A stretch of 64,000 nt of DNA from Gemmatimonadales bacterium (GCA_041615815.1 JBFJCP010000020.1:1-64000); one strand, 5' to 3'; numbered from the stretch's first letter, positions 8,477 through 19,706 are shown. Numbers and translations: made by a program. The notes: generated by a model from the letters alone, not told the origin.

Positions 8477-11317
8477 TCAGTCGGCCAGAATCTTTCTGAG
8501 GAACGCCCCAGTGTGCGACGCCGAGTTCTGCACGACGGCCTCCGGCGGTCCGGCAACCACGACCGCCCCCCCGGCGTCACCGCCGCCCGGACCGAGATCC
8601 ACCACCCAGTCAGCGGTCTTGACCACCTCGAGGTTGTGCTCGATGACGATCACCGTGTTCCCCCTGTCGACCAGGCGATGCAGCACGGTGAGCAGGAGGC
8701 GGACATCTTCGAAATGGAGCCCGGTGGTGGGCTCGTCCAGGATGTACAGCGTACGTCCCGTGTCCCGCTTACTCAGCTCCGTGGCGAGCTTGACGCGCTG
8801 CGCTTCGCCGCCGGAAAGCGTGGTCGCACTTTGTCCCAGATGCAGGTAGCCGAGTCCTACGTCGTTCAAGAGCTCCAGCCGGTTTCGGATCCGAGGCTGC
8901 GCATCGAAGAACTCGAGGGCATCGGCCACGGTCATCTCGAGGACGTCCGCAATGGACCGTCCCTTGTAGCGGACCTCGAGGGTCTCTCGATTGTAGCGCC
9001 GGCCTTTACACACGTCGCATGAGACGTAGACGTCGGGCAGAAAGTGCATCTCGATCTTGACGAGACCATCACCTTGGCAGGATTCACACCGGCCGCCCTT
9101 GACATTGAACGAAAAGCGGCCGGGCCCATACCCCCGAATCTTCGATTCCGCGAGTTGCGCATAGAGCTCGCGGATGGGTGTAAAGAGTCCCGTGTACGTG
9201 GCTGGATTGGAGCGTGGGGTCCGGCCAATGGGGCTTTGATCGATATCGAGCACTTTGTCGAGCTGATCGAGCCCCTCGAGCCGGTCATGAGCACCCGGTA
9301 GGGTCTTGGCCCGATAGAGGTGTCGGGCCAACGCTCGGTACAGCACGTCCGTCACCAGCGTGGATTTCCCGGACCCCGATACGCCGGTGACGGCGACGAA
9401 GACTCCGAGGGGGAACTGCACGTCCAGTCGGCGGAGGTTGTGCTGGGAGGCACCCACAACCGTGAGCGTGCGGTTGCTGTCAACGGGCCGGCGCGCCGAG
9501 GGGATCGGGATGCGGAGCTCTCGGCGGAGGTATCGGCCGGTCAGCGACCCGGCGTGCGCGAGGACGGCGTCCACGGTTCCATCGACGATTACCTCGCCTC
9601 CGTCTCGCCCCGCCCGGGGGCCCAAGTCGATGACATGATCGGCCGAGCGGATGGTCTCTTCGTCGTGTTCCACCACGATCACGGTATTGCCCAAATCCCT
9701 GAGACCACGGAGCGTGTCGAGCAAACGGGCGTTGTCCCGCGGGTGGAGCCCCACGGACGGCTCATCGAGCACGTAGAGCACCCCCACCAAACGGCTTCCG
9801 ATCTGGGTGGCGAGCCGAATGCGCTGCGCCTCGCCGCCGGACAGCGACGACGCCGATCGTCCGAGGGTCAAATACTCGAGCCCGACATCGCACAAGAACC
9901 GCAGTCGATCCACCACTTCCTTCAGGATCGGGCCGGCGATGTCGGCTTGGACCCCGGTGTTGCCGTTCGATTGCAGCGGCAGGGTATCGAAGAAATCCAG
10001 CGCCGCGCGCACCGGGACGGCCGTCAGTTCGCCAATGCTGTTTCCGCCCACCAGGACACTGAGGCTCTCCGACTTGAGTCGGTGCCCGCCACAGGTATCG
10101 CAGGGCACTTCGGTCATGTACTCCTCGAGCTGCACCCGGACGGCGTCCGAGGTGGTCTCGCGGTAGCGACGGTCCACATTGGTGAGAATTCCCTCCCACT
10201 CGGCTTCATAGCTCCGTTTGGTACCGGTGCGAAACCGAAACATCTTGCCCGAGACCCCGTGCAGCAGGGCTCGGGTGATCTTGGCCGGCAGCTCTCCCCA
10301 CGGCCGGCCCGGATCGAACCCCAATTCCGTGCCCAGCGTGGGAATGACCGTGTTCTTGAGATACCCGTGCGGCTCACCCCACGGCAGCACCACTCCCTCG
10401 AGCAGGGAGATGCGGGGGTCGCCCAGCACCAGGTCGGGGCTCACTTCCCGTCTCGTGCCCAGGCCGCCACAGTCGGCGCACGCGCCGTAGGGCGAGTTGA
10501 ACGAGAACTGCCGTGGCTCCAGCTCGGCAAGTGAATAGCCGCATTGTGGACAGGCGAATTGCTCAGAGAAGAGGGTCACCGCTTCGCTGGTGCCATGGCG
10601 GATGACTTGGGCGAGCCCATCGGCGGCGCGGAGCGCTGTTTCGATGGAATCCCCGAGCCGGCGGTGGTCGTCGGGCCGCACCACGAGGCGGTCCACGACG
10701 AGCCCGATCTCATGATTGACCCGGCGGTTGAGCTTGGGCGGTTTGGCCAAGTCATGCACCGTGCCGTCGACCCGAACGCGAACGAACCCCTGGCGTCGAG
10801 CGCTCTCGAAGAGATCTTTGAACTCACCCTTGCGTCCCCGCACGAGGGGCGCGACGATCTCAATCTTGGTGCCCTGGGGCCAGGCCAACACGGCTTCTGT
10901 GATCTGTGACGCACTCTGTCGTTGGATGGGGGACCCATCTTTGGGACAGTGCGGGGTCCCGGCCCGGGCCCACAGGAGTCGGAGGTAATCGTAGATCTCG
11001 GTCACGGTCCCGACCGTCGACCGGGGGTTATGTCCTGCCGTCTTCTGTTCGATAGAAATAGCAGGGGAGAGCCCATCGATGCCGTCGACATCGGGCTTCT
11101 CCATCAGACCGAGGAATTGCCGAGCATAGGCGGACAGCGACTCCACGTATCGCCGCTGTCCCTCGGCGTAAATAGTGTCGAAGGCGAGGGATGATTTGCC
11201 GGACCCCGAGAGCCCAGTGATCACTGTGAGACGGTTTCGCGGAATCTCCACGTCCACGTTTTTGAGATTGTGGACCCGAGCACCGCGAACCACGAGATTG
11301 TCGCGCACCATAACCAT
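8477..11317 (-). CDS. uvrA: Excinuclease ABC subunit A
   Basis: Two ABC ATPase modules ([26 protein letters not shown]) and zinc fingers. Confidence 0.99.
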   Translation of the reverse strand: MVMVRDNLVVRGARVHNLKNVDVEIPRNRLTVITGLSGSGKSSLAFDTIYAEGQRRYVESLSAYARQFLGLMEKPDVDGIDGLSPAISIEQKTAGHNPRSTVGTVTEIYDYLRLLWARAGTPHCPKDGSPIQRQSASQITEAVLAWPQGTKIEIVAPLVRGRKGEFKDLFESARRQGFVRVRVDGTVHDLAKPPKLNRRVNHEIGLVVDRLVVRPDDHRRLGDSIETALRAADGLAQVIRHGTSEAVTLFSEQFACPQCGYSLAELEPRQFSFNSPYGACADCGGLGTRREVSPDLVLGDPRISLLEGVVLPWGEPHGYLKNTVIPTLGTELGFDPGRPWGELPAKITRALLHGVSGKMFRFRTGTKRSYEAEWEGILTNVDRRYRETTSDAVRVQLEEYMTEVPCDTCGGHRLKSESLSVLVGGNSIGELTAVPVRAALDFFDTLPLQSNGNTGVQADIAGPILKEVVDRLRFLCDVGLEYLTLGRSASSLSGGEAQRIRLATQIGSRLVGVLYVLDEPSVGLHPRDNARLLDTLRGLRDLGNTVIVVEHDEETIRSADHVIDLGPRAGRDGGEVIVDGTVDAVLAHAGSLTGRYLRRELRIPIPSARRPVDSNRTLTVVGASQHNLRRLDVQFPLGVFVAVTGVSGSGKSTLVTDVLYRALARHLYRAKTLPGAHDRLEGLDQLDKVLDIDQSPIGRTPRSNPATYTGLFTPIRELYAQLAESKIRGYGPGRFSFNVKGGRCESCQGDGLVKIEMHFLPDVYVSCDVCKGRRYNRETLEVRYKGRSIADVLEMTVADALEFFDAQPRIRNRLELLNDVGLGYLHLGQSATTLSGGEAQRVKLATELSKRDTGRTLYILDEPTTGLHFEDVRLLLTVLHRLVDRGNTVIVIEHNLEVVKTADWVVDLGPGGGDAGGAVVVAGPPEAVVQNSASHTGAFLRKILAD

Positions 11318-11431
11318 GAAACGTAGAGCGCGCTCAGGCCCCAGGTCAATTCCCCTGGCCCGGTGCGAACGTGCTTGCGATCATGGGAGGGAGCCCGTAG
11401 TTTCTCCCTCCCTTTCCGGCCCGGACGTTCA

Positions 11432-11788
11432 ATGGTGATGCGCGGCTACGGCGCCTCGACTCATCTGGTCGTTTTGACGACGTTGGAAAACCCCGAACAG
11501 GCTCGCACGCTCATCCGTCGACTCCTGGACGAGCGCCTCGTCGCCTGCGGTACGGTTGTCGGTAACGTGACCTCGGTCTATCGGTGGAAAGGGGCGGTGG
11601 AAGAGACCACCGAGACGCAGGTGCTCTTGAAGACGCGGCAGGACTGTTGGCCCGAGCTCGAGGCCGCCGTGCGGCGATGGCATCCGTACGAGGTCCCGGA
11701 GTTGCTGGCACTCCCCGTGCAGGAGGGTCTCCCCGCATACCTCGATTGGGTACGGGACGAAACACACGCGGAAGGTGGGACGGCATGA
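11432..11788 (+). CDS. cutA: Divalent-cation tolerance protein CutA
   Basis: LVAC, SVYRWKG..E, HPYEVPE motifs. Confidence 0.93.
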   Translation: MVMRGYGASTHLVVLTTLENPEQARTLIRRLLDERLVACGTVVGNVTSVYRWKGAVEETTETQVLLKTRQDCWPELEAAVRRWHPYEVPELLALPVQEGLPAYLDWVRDETHAEGGTA

Positions 11789-12669
11789 CCCGACGACGAA
11801 CCCGCCGCCGACGTCTGCGACGTCGTCTCGGCGCCCAGTTGGCCACGCGATCTCGGTGGGGGAACAGCGAAGAGGAATCGGCCCAGGAAGAGGACATGAC
11901 GGCCGAACCGGATCCCACCGACGGCAACGTAGCCACCGATGCGCGTCGTCCCCCAACGTTCGAGCTCGTCGACGGCGAAGGAACCGTGTTGGAAGCCGAG
12001 CAGGCCGCACCGCCACCGTCCATCACCGCCGTTACGCCGCCCCACTTGCCGCAAAGCGACGAGCTCCTCTACCGCGCGGCCCGCGAGGCAGACGCTCGCG
12101 GTGACACGGCGAGGGCCATCGCCATTTACCGGCAGCTCGTGGATCAGGCGCCGCAGCACGTCCGAGCCCGCAACAACCTCGCACTCCTCTTGGATAACGT
12201 GGGAGATCATGTGGGCGCGCTCCAGGAGCTGGAAGCGTGCCTGCATTTCGAGCCCAACAACCCGCATGTCCTGGTGAACCGGGGTGCCGTGTTGGGCGCG
12301 ACCGGCAGCTTCGCCGCAGCCGAATCCGACCTCCGGCGCGTGGTGCAGATGGAGCCGGGCAACGCGGAGGCACACTTCAACCTGGGACTGGTGATCTCTC
12401 GTCGGGGGCTCTGGCGTGACGCCATCCCGCATCTCCGCCGCGCCATCGAATTGGATTCGAGCCGTGCCACGGCGTACTTCTATCTCGGCGAAGCGTTGAA
12501 TCACGTGGACGACTTGGATGGTGCGCTCCAGTCGTACCAGCGGGCGGTGGAGCTCCGGCCCCACAACCCCAAGGCCTTGTACGGGCTGGGAATCATCTTC
12601 GATCGCATGAACCGCCCGGAGGAGGCCGCGCAGATGTACCGCCGTTCGCGGGAACTCGCCGGACAGTGA
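11785..12669 (+). CDS. Tetratricopeptide repeat protein
   Basis: About 6 TPR units (ARNNLA, AHFNLG, AYFYLG, ALYGLG); start could be 11896. Confidence 0.85.
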   Translation: MTRRRTRRRRLRRRLGAQLATRSRWGNSEEESAQEEDMTAEPDPTDGNVATDARRPPTFELVDGEGTVLEAEQAAPPPSITAVTPPHLPQSDELLYRAAREADARGDTARAIAIYRQLVDQAPQHVRARNNLALLLDNVGDHVGALQELEACLHFEPNNPHVLVNRGAVLGATGSFAAAESDLRRVVQMEPGNAEAHFNLGLVISRRGLWRDAIPHLRRAIELDSSRATAYFYLGEALNHVDDLDGALQSYQRAVELRPHNPKALYGLGIIFDRMNRPEEAAQMYRRSRELAGQ

Positions 12670-13172
12670 TCCGCGTGGTCGTAGAGGACCTCGCGTCCAT
12701 CCCGGCGGACGCGGTGGTTCGACCTGCGACAGCCAGCCTCGCTCCCTCCTCACCCGCCCTCCGCCGACTCGAGCAGGTCGGCGGCGCTGCGTTGCGGGAG
12801 GCCCTCACCCTCCACGAAGAATTGGAAGTCGGCGCCGCGGTCGTGACCCCCGGCGGCGGTCTCGCCGCCGAGCTGGTCATTCACGCGGTCATCCTGAGCG
12901 CCGACCGGCCCGATGTTACCCCCCGCGGGGTCGAGCTCGCGCTCACCGGAGTGCTACAGCGCGCCAACGACTTCGAGCTCGCCCGGATCGCCATGCCGCC
13001 GGTGGGGGCGGGCCCAGACCACCTGGCGCTGGAGGACGCCATCCGTGTGCTTGGCCAGGTGCTGCGCCGTGATCTTCCCCACAAAACCTACCCCAAGGAG
13101 GTGTGTATAGTGGTGGATACCCCGGAGGAGCAATTGCTGGTCGAACGCCTCCTCCCAGGAGACGACCTGTGA
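12666..13172 (+). CDS. Macro domain protein (degenerate)
   Basis: ADAVV, GAAVVTPGGGL..VIHAV, IAMPPVGAG; lacks the canonical NAAN and GGGV motifs. Confidence 0.8.
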   Translation: MIRVVVEDLASIPADAVVRPATASLAPSSPALRRLEQVGGAALREALTLHEELEVGAAVVTPGGGLAAELVIHAVILSADRPDVTPRGVELALTGVLQRANDFELARIAMPPVGAGPDHLALEDAIRVLGQVLRRDLPHKTYPKEVCIVVDTPEEQLLVERLLPGDDL

Positions 13173-14713
13173 ACCGACGCGCGCTGGCGATTCTCATTCT
13201 CGTATTTTGGGCGGTAGCGCTGGGATGGCTGCTACGACGAGAACTCTTCCGTCCGCAGGCCCGGCTCCTCGCCGAGGCGGCGCTGAGCGTCTCGCCAGGC
13301 GCGACCTACTATCAGGTGCTGCTCGGGCAGGAGCAGATCGGTTTTGCGACAAACAAAGTCGACACGCTCACCGACGCCATTCGGGTCGAGGACGCGATGC
13401 TGTTACAGATCCCGGCCCTCGGAAGCCTGCAGCGCGTGGACGCCAGAACCGAGGCACACCTGACCAGATCGCTCAAGCTCGTCGGGTTCGACGCGACGCT
13501 CCGAAGCGACGACGCGCGATTTGCCGCGACGGGCACGGTGTCCGGGGACACCCTGTTGACGGTGGAAATCACGAGTGGAGACTCCCCCCGCACGGTACGG
13601 GTGCCCTTGGATGAGCCCATCGTGCTCCCCGGCCCCATGCCGCTGCAACTCACCTTTGGCGGGGGGCTCGAGGTTGGCAAACGCTACAGCCTCCGCATGT
13701 TCGACCCGCTCTTGCTCGCGGCGCGGGAGATCACGGTCACGGTGACGGCGGAATCGACTTTGGTCGTACCGGACTCGGCAACGCTCGATCCCGCAACGGA
13801 CACCTGGATCCCGGCGCGCTGGGACACGCTGCGGGCCTGGCGCGTGTCGCAAGAGCTGAGCGGCGTGGAGGTCAACGCGTGGATCGACGAGATGGGACAG
13901 ATCGTCGAAGCCACTTCCCCCATGGGATTCGCGCTGCGACGCACGGCGTTCGAGATCGCCTACGAGAATTTCCGGCGGCGTGGCCCCACGCCGCTTGCCG
14001 GAGCCTCGGACATCATTCGCGGAACGGCGATCGCCGCGAATATCGGGGTGGGGACAGAGCAGCTGCGCGAACTGCGCGCGCGGCTCACGGGCGTGGATCT
14101 CACCCGCTTCGATCTCGGGGGCGGCCGCCAGCGGCTCGCCGGAGATACCCTGATCGTCCGTCGCGAGCCCGAAACCGCGATGCGTCCGACGTATGTACTC
14201 CCCCGTGCACCGGACAGCCTCCGCCCGTTTCTACGACCGGAGCCGTTGATCCAAAGTGACGATCCACGGATCCAAGCCCAGGCACGCCAGATCGTGGGCC
14301 GCGAGCGCCAGCCGCGCCGCGCAGCTCAACAACTCGTGCGCTGGGTCTACCGCGAGCTGGACAAACGGGTCACCGTGAGCGTTCCCAACGCTCTCGAGGT
14401 GCTTTCATCACGGGCTGGCGATTGCAACGAGCACACGGTGTTGTTCGTTGCGCTCGCCAGGGCCATCGGTATTCCAGCCCGCACGGCAGCGGGGCTCGTG
14501 TACGTGGACGACGCCTTCTACTACCATGCGTGGCCCGAGGTGTACCTCGGCGAGTGGGTGGCGGTGGACCCAACGTTCGATCAGTTCCCCGCCGACGCCG
14601 CCCACCTGCGGTTCACGATCGGTGGGCTCGCGCGCCAGGTCGAGCTGGTGCGCCTCATTGGGCGCCTCGAAATTGAGGTGCAGTCCTCCGACCGGCAGGT
14701 GCAAGGTCCATGA
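13169..14713 (+). CDS. Membrane-anchored transglutaminase-like domain protein
   Basis: N-terminal TM; GDCNEH, YHAWPEV, DPTF catalytic triad motifs. Confidence 0.88.
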   Translation: MNRRALAILILVFWAVALGWLLRRELFRPQARLLAEAALSVSPGATYYQVLLGQEQIGFATNKVDTLTDAIRVEDAMLLQIPALGSLQRVDARTEAHLTRSLKLVGFDATLRSDDARFAATGTVSGDTLLTVEITSGDSPRTVRVPLDEPIVLPGPMPLQLTFGGGLEVGKRYSLRMFDPLLLAAREITVTVTAESTLVVPDSATLDPATDTWIPARWDTLRAWRVSQELSGVEVNAWIDEMGQIVEATSPMGFALRRTAFEIAYENFRRRGPTPLAGASDIIRGTAIAANIGVGTEQLRELRARLTGVDLTRFDLGGGRQRLAGDTLIVRREPETAMRPTYVLPRAPDSLRPFLRPEPLIQSDDPRIQAQARQIVGRERQPRRAAQQLVRWVYRELDKRVTVSVPNALEVLSSRAGDCNEHTVLFVALARAIGIPARTAAGLVYVDDAFYYHAWPEVYLGEWVAVDPTFDQFPADAAHLRFTIGGLARQVELVRLIGRLEIEVQSSDRQVQGP

Positions 14714-15468
14714 TTCGCTTGGAAGCCCTCACCAAGACCTACGGCTCGTTCGTGGCCGTCGATCACCTCGATCTGCACGTGCCCAGGGGCGAGCTGTTTG
14801 GCTTCCTGGGCCCCAACGGCGCCGGAAAGACCACCACACTCCGCATGATCGCCGGGATCATGCGGCCAACGGCGGGGCGGATTTGGCTCGGTGGTGACGA
14901 CCTGCTGACCAGCCCCATGGCCGCGAAGGCCCGGCTTGGTTTCATCCCTGACCGGCCGTTCGTGTACGAGAAACTCACGGGCGCCGAGTTCCTACGGTTC
15001 GTCGCCGGTTTGTACGGCCAGGACGGCGAACTCGTGGAACGACGCATCGACGAGCTCCTCGAGGTCTTCGAGCTGCAAGTGTGGAAGGACGAGCTCGTCG
15101 AATCGTATTCGCACGGGATGCGACAGAAGCTGATCATCTCGAGCGCGGTGATTCACCGACCGGAGTGCATTGTGGTGGACGAACCGATGGTGGGGCTCGA
15201 TCCCAGGGCCGCCCGTCTCCTGAAAAACATCTTCCGCGAGTTCGTCGACCGCGGTGGAACGGTGCTGATGAGCACGCACACCCTCGAGGTGGCCGAAGCC
15301 ATGTGCGACCGGATCGCGATCATCCAAGGCGGCAAGATCGTGGCGCAGGGCACGATGGATGAGCTCCGGCGGCACGGAGCGGCCGGCGATGTATCGCTGG
15401 AAGATCTGTTTCTCCGACTCACGGGAGGCGCCGCGGCGAGGCAACTCGCCGCCGTCCTGGACGGCTGA
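14710..15468 (+). CDS. ABC transporter ATP-binding protein
   Basis: GPNGAGKTT, YSHGMRQK, VVDEP. Confidence 0.95.
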   Translation: MIRLEALTKTYGSFVAVDHLDLHVPRGELFGFLGPNGAGKTTTLRMIAGIMRPTAGRIWLGGDDLLTSPMAAKARLGFIPDRPFVYEKLTGAEFLRFVAGLYGQDGELVERRIDELLEVFELQVWKDELVESYSHGMRQKLIISSAVIHRPECIVVDEPMVGLDPRAARLLKNIFREFVDRGGTVLMSTHTLEVAEAMCDRIAIIQGGKIVAQGTMDELRRHGAAGDVSLEDLFLRLTGGAAARQLAAVLDG

Positions 15469-17150
15469 TGTCGTCGCTTTCACTGTTGGTGAAGCCGAAA
15501 TGGCAAACCTTCCTGACCAGGATGCGGCAGGAACGGAGCGAGAGCGGTTCGAAGGCCTTACTCGTGGCTTCGGTGGGCCTGCTCTTCTGGTTTGCGGTCT
15601 TCGGCGTCATGTACCGGGTGTTACGCTACTTCCGCGGGGTCGAAGAGATCGGCTCGCTCCTCGCGGGGAAGCTCCTGGGCCTCGTCCTCCTGTCGTTCTT
15701 GGCGATCCTCCTGCTCTCCAACCTCATCACGGCGCTCTCCACGTTCTTCTTGGCGAAAGATCTCGATCTGCTGGCCAATGCGCCGGTCGATTGGCTCCAC
15801 ATCTATCTCGCGAAACTCGGTGAGACGATGGTCCACAGTTCGTGGATGGTGGCGCTCATGGCGGTCCCGATCTTCAGCGCCTACGGCGTGATCTACGATG
15901 GCGGCTTGCTGTTCGCGATTCATGCGCTCGTGCTCTTCGTTCCACTTCTGATCGTGCCGGCGGTGCTTGGCAGTGCCATCACGCTGATCCTCGTCAACAT
16001 CTTTCCGGCCCGCCGCACACGGGATCTGCTGTCCGTGATCGCGATCGGGGCGGCCGGTGTGGTGGTGCTCCTGTTCCGTGTGATCCGGCCGGAACAGCTC
16101 GCTCGTCCGGAGGGCTTTCGAAATCTGCTGGATTTCATCACCGTGTTGCGCACGCCCACGTCGCCGTTCCTACCGAGCGAGTGGGCGACCGACGCAGCCA
16201 TGGGGTTGCTCGTGGGACCGTTCGATCCCTTCCCGGTGATGCTGCTCTGGAGCACGGCGGCCGCGTTCGTGGTCCTCGGAGCGATCCTGCACGCCCGGCT
16301 CTATCCTGCTGGCTTCACCAAGGCGCAGGAAGGTGCCGAGCGGTTCGTGAAGGGGTGGGTGTGGCGGGTCATGCTGGAACCACTCTTTAAGCCGCTGTCC
16401 GTGGCCAAGCGTGAGTTCATCATCAAGGATCTCAAGCTCTTCTTTCGCGATACGACTCAGTGGAGCCAACTCATCTTGTTGGGCGTCCTGGTGGTGATCT
16501 ACCTGTTCAACATTCGCGCACTCCCCCTGTTTACCGGCGAGCGCGTCCCCTTCCTGCTCGTGACCGTGGTGTCGTTTCTGAATCTCGGGCTCGCGGGGTT
16601 CGTGCTGGCTTCCATTGCCGCGCGCTTCATTTTTCCGTCGATCTCACTCGAGGGACGGCAGATGTGGCTGCTCCGCTCGAGCCCGCTTGATCTTCGGGCC
16701 CTGCTATGGTCCAAGTATTGGATAGGCACTATCCCGCTCTTGGTCCTCGCCCTGATCATCACGATCTTCACGAATGTCCTGCTGCGGGTGACTCCGTTCA
16801 TGATGATCGTCAGCGTGGGAACCATCGTGCTCCTGACGTTCGCCATCGGGGCCATGGCCCTAGGATTCGGCGCGCTGTACCCGCAGTTCGAGACCGAGAA
16901 TGCCGCGCAGATTCCTACCTCGTTTGGCGGCTTAATCTTCATGATGGCGACGATCGCGCTGCTGGCAGCGGTGATCGTGATCGAAGCCGTGCCCGTCTAC
17001 GGGTATCTCCGCGCGGCGACGCTCGGGACACCGGTGGGACTGAGCGGTACGATGGTGACCGCCTTCGTGGGGGTTGCCGTGCTTTGTGCCGTCGCCACCG
17101 TACTTCCGCTGCGCATCGGCCTGCAGCGCATGCAGGCGTTCGAGTTCTAG
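15468..17150 (+). CDS. Putative ABC exporter permease
   Basis: Many TM helices; SLEGRQMWLLRSSP motif; coupled to the ATPase gene. Confidence 0.85.
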   Translation: MSSLSLLVKPKWQTFLTRMRQERSESGSKALLVASVGLLFWFAVFGVMYRVLRYFRGVEEIGSLLAGKLLGLVLLSFLAILLLSNLITALSTFFLAKDLDLLANAPVDWLHIYLAKLGETMVHSSWMVALMAVPIFSAYGVIYDGGLLFAIHALVLFVPLLIVPAVLGSAITLILVNIFPARRTRDLLSVIAIGAAGVVVLLFRVIRPEQLARPEGFRNLLDFITVLRTPTSPFLPSEWATDAAMGLLVGPFDPFPVMLLWSTAAAFVVLGAILHARLYPAGFTKAQEGAERFVKGWVWRVMLEPLFKPLSVAKREFIIKDLKLFFRDTTQWSQLILLGVLVVIYLFNIRALPLFTGERVPFLLVTVVSFLNLGLAGFVLASIAARFIFPSISLEGRQMWLLRSSPLDLRALLWSKYWIGTIPLLVLALIITIFTNVLLRVTPFMMIVSVGTIVLLTFAIGAMALGFGALYPQFETENAAQIPTSFGGLIFMMATIALLAAVIVIEAVPVYGYLRAATLGTPVGLSGTMVTAFVGVAVLCAVATVLPLRIGLQRMQAFEF

Positions 17151-17238
17151 GCCAACCCTCCCCTTCGCCACCGGCCACCCCCGCCCCGCCACCGACCGTA
17201 CGGCCCGCAGCAGCGGCAGGGGTGGCAGATTCAGTGCG

Positions 17239-18192
17239 TTACGCTCCAGCGTCGTCCAAGACTACGTACGGAATTCCCCAGATATTCGCGCGGTAATCGT
17301 CCTCGGACTCCGTCGTGAATGTCTCCGAGTCGATGGCATCCACCGCGATCCGTTCGCGGCCCGTATGCCGAACCGTCCAGCTTCGACTGAACATGCCGGG
17401 CTCCCCTTCTTCCATGGGGAGACGCAACCAGATCCGGGCATTGGGGCTCGCGTGAAACAGATGGAGGAACACGAAGGTGGGGGGCGTGTGCTCTTGATTC
17501 TCGTTGCTCACCGATGCCGTGACCACCACCTCATCTCCGCGCTGCAGCCGGGGCACCCGCCCGTTCACGAGCAACGGCTCGGCCGGATCAGTGATATCAG
17601 CGACGATCGCCCCGTTCACTTCGACGGTGATTTGCGCAATGGCCACGGTCTGCTTGGCCGGATCCGCCATCACGAACTGCGCCGGGGAGACGGCGACGAG
17701 CCGCCATCGTCGACGACGTCCCTGCTCGTCGATCTCCTCTTGCGCGAGTCGTTCGAACTCGGCGTGCTGCATCAGGATGTCCTGGAGTGGCTTCTCGGTC
17801 GGGTTCACCTGATCGTCATCGGTGATGTCCAGCAGGAAGCGGCCGTCGAACTCGACTTCCTTCCAGGCGACCGCCGTGCCTTCGGTCGGGTTCACCTCGA
17901 TGGTCACCTGACGTCGGACCGGAAGCCCGCGCCGACGCCCCCAAAGCCGTGGGGCGGTGACTTCTCCGTCTGGCTCGGCCAGAAAGCTCGCGGAGGCTGC
18001 ACTCGCGGATCCGTCATTCACCGCGCCCTGATCGCCGAACTCGTCGGCGAAGAACCCGGACTCATCCAAGAGTTGGACGAGCTCCTGACGCACGTCCTCC
18101 GGGACTTCTGAACCCGGCGACACGCCGTCGCTGCAGGCAGCGAGCGCGAGCGGTCCCAGGATCAACAGTCCCATCAGTTGGTTGCGGTACAT
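17239..18192 (-). CDS. Hypothetical lipoprotein (paralog B)
   Basis: Lipobox LAAC; shares ESGFFA, KEVEFD, DAIDS.TF.TES.DDYRAN.WGIP with its neighbour. Confidence 0.85.
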   Translation of the reverse strand: MYRNQLMGLLILGPLALAACSDGVSPGSEVPEDVRQELVQLLDESGFFADEFGDQGAVNDGSASAASASFLAEPDGEVTAPRLWGRRRGLPVRRQVTIEVNPTEGTAVAWKEVEFDGRFLLDITDDDQVNPTEKPLQDILMQHAEFERLAQEEIDEQGRRRRWRLVAVSPAQFVMADPAKQTVAIAQITVEVNGAIVADITDPAEPLLVNGRVPRLQRGDEVVVTASVSNENQEHTPPTFVFLHLFHASPNARIWLRLPMEEGEPGMFSRSWTVRHTGRERIAVDAIDSETFTTESEDDYRANIWGIPYVVLDDAGA

Positions 18193-18265
18193 CTTCTCCT
18201 CCCTGCGAAGGTCTCGTGCTGTGGACTCGCCCTTGTAGACGACCGACCGCAGAGAGGGTTAAACG

Positions 18266-18281
18266 CGTGATCTGGGTCACG
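18266..18281. promoter_or_regulatory. CRP/FNR-family-like binding site
   Basis: CGTGA-TCTGGG-TCACG palindrome upstream of paralog B. Confidence 0.55.
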
Positions 18282-18375
18282 TGGGGCAAAAGGCGCGGCC
18301 CACGCGGCAGAGCGGCCGACGCCAGGGCTCGGCCGTCTCGTCGACTGCCGCACTCCCGTTCCTGCCGCCCGACAC

Positions 18376-18407
18376 AAAAAAAACGCGGAGCGCCGAAGCG
18401 CCCCGCG
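18376..18407 (-). terminator. Rho-independent terminator
   Basis: CGCGGGGCGC-TTCG-GCGCTCCGCG followed by T8 on the minus strand. Confidence 0.85.
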
Positions 18408-18434
18408 AGACTGTTCGAATCTGTGGTGGTGTGA

Positions 18435-19484
18435 TCAGGTACTGCCGCCACCGTCCCCGTCATCATCCACGGGCGCGGCCACGGTGTGCGGAATTCCCCA
18501 CGTGTTAGCGCGGTAGTCGTCGTCCGACTCGGTCATGAAGGTCTGCGAGTCGATCGCGTCCACGACGATCCGCCCGTGGGCGTAGGGTTCCTCGACGGTA
18601 TAGGTATAGGAGTACGAGACCTCGCCCGTCTCCAACTGCGACTGCTCCATGAGGACGCGGTGCCACATGCCACGCTTCCGACTGCCCTCGAAGAAGTGCA
18701 GGAAGACGAATGCGGAGCGCATGTCTTCCTGATCGTTGGAGACCGCCGCCGTGACCGTCACCTCGTCCCCAACTTGCAGCATGGGAACGCCACCATCCAG
18801 GTCCAAGAGCGGTGGAAGCGCCTCCGAATCGTGCAACAGCTCGAGCACGACCTCCCCGTTGACCGCGACGGTGACGCTGCCGATCTGGACCGTGCGTTTC
18901 TCGGCATCGGTCATGATGAACCGAGCTGGGGCAATGGAGACCAAACGCCAATGCCGCTCGCGACCCTTTGCGTCCACGATGGGCTCTTCGAGCTCCTCGA
19001 ACGCCGCCTGATGCAGCAAGAGCTCCTGGAGCGGCTTGGACGTGGGATTCAGCGTGTAGTCGTCGGTGTTGTCGAGGAGGAACTCCTTGTCGAATTCCAC
19101 CTCTTTGGTGGCGATGGCGAGTCCGGATTCTTCGTCCATCTCCACGGTGACGTCCATACGAACCGGACGGCCCCGGAGCCGTACCCATAGCGGGGTGGGA
19201 CCCACCTCGCCTTCTCCGCCATCTTCCTCACCCACCGCAGCCAGATTAGCGCTCGCCGCGGTTCCGGCGTTGATGTCGTCTGAGCCGAAGTCTTCGGCAA
19301 AGAAACCTGACTCCTCGGCGATCTCGAGGATCTGTTCCCGGTCCTGCTGCGTCAGGACCGTCACCGGCCCTGGTTGATTCTGTTCCTGATCTTGCTCTAG
19401 GGCGCCATCGGGACCCACGCCTTCTGCGCAGGCGGAGATACCGAGCGCGCCAAGAGCGAGCAACGCCATGAGGGGTTGCCTCAC
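18435..19484 (-). CDS. Hypothetical lipoprotein (paralog A)
   Basis: AAGGAGG RBS, GTG start, lipobox ISAC; paralog of 17239..18192. Confidence 0.85.
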   Translation of the reverse strand: MRQPLMALLALGALGISACAEGVGPDGALEQDQEQNQPGPVTVLTQQDREQILEIAEESGFFAEDFGSDDINAGTAASANLAAVGEEDGGEGEVGPTPLWVRLRGRPVRMDVTVEMDEESGLAIATKEVEFDKEFLLDNTDDYTLNPTSKPLQELLLHQAAFEELEEPIVDAKGRERHWRLVSIAPARFIMTDAEKRTVQIGSVTVAVNGEVVLELLHDSEALPPLLDLDGGVPMLQVGDEVTVTAAVSNDQEDMRSAFVFLHFFEGSRKRGMWHRVLMEQSQLETGEVSYSYTYTVEEPYAHGRIVVDAIDSQTFMTESDDDYRANTWGIPHTVAAPVDDDGDGGGST

Positions 19485-19643
19485 GAATGCCTCCTTGTGT
19501 CTGTCTCGCTGAGTAGACGCGCGACGGCCACGGACGTGGTGACTGAGCGGGCTCGGCTCACCATTCCGCAGCGAGTGTCGCTGCAGCTCAATACCATATG
19601 TGATCTTTGTAACTCTCCGCGGTGACCCCACTTCCGCGTCCAA

Positions 19644-19659
19644 CGTGAGCTAGATCACG
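19644..19659. promoter_or_regulatory. CRP/FNR-family-like binding site
   Basis: CGTGA-GCTAGA-TCACG; a weaker TGTGA-TCTTTG-TAACT lies at 19599..19614. Confidence 0.55.
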
Positions 19660-19706
19660 CTCGCTGGGTGGGACGCCCGTCCGAAGAGGAGGGAATCAGG
19701 AAGGGC

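Noticed and set aside
11785..11895. Arg-rich N-terminus ([14 protein letters not shown]) on the TPR protein as a functional motif
   Set aside because: May be untranslated, since a downstream ATG at 11896 has a plausible RBS; Arg runs are common in GC-rich frames
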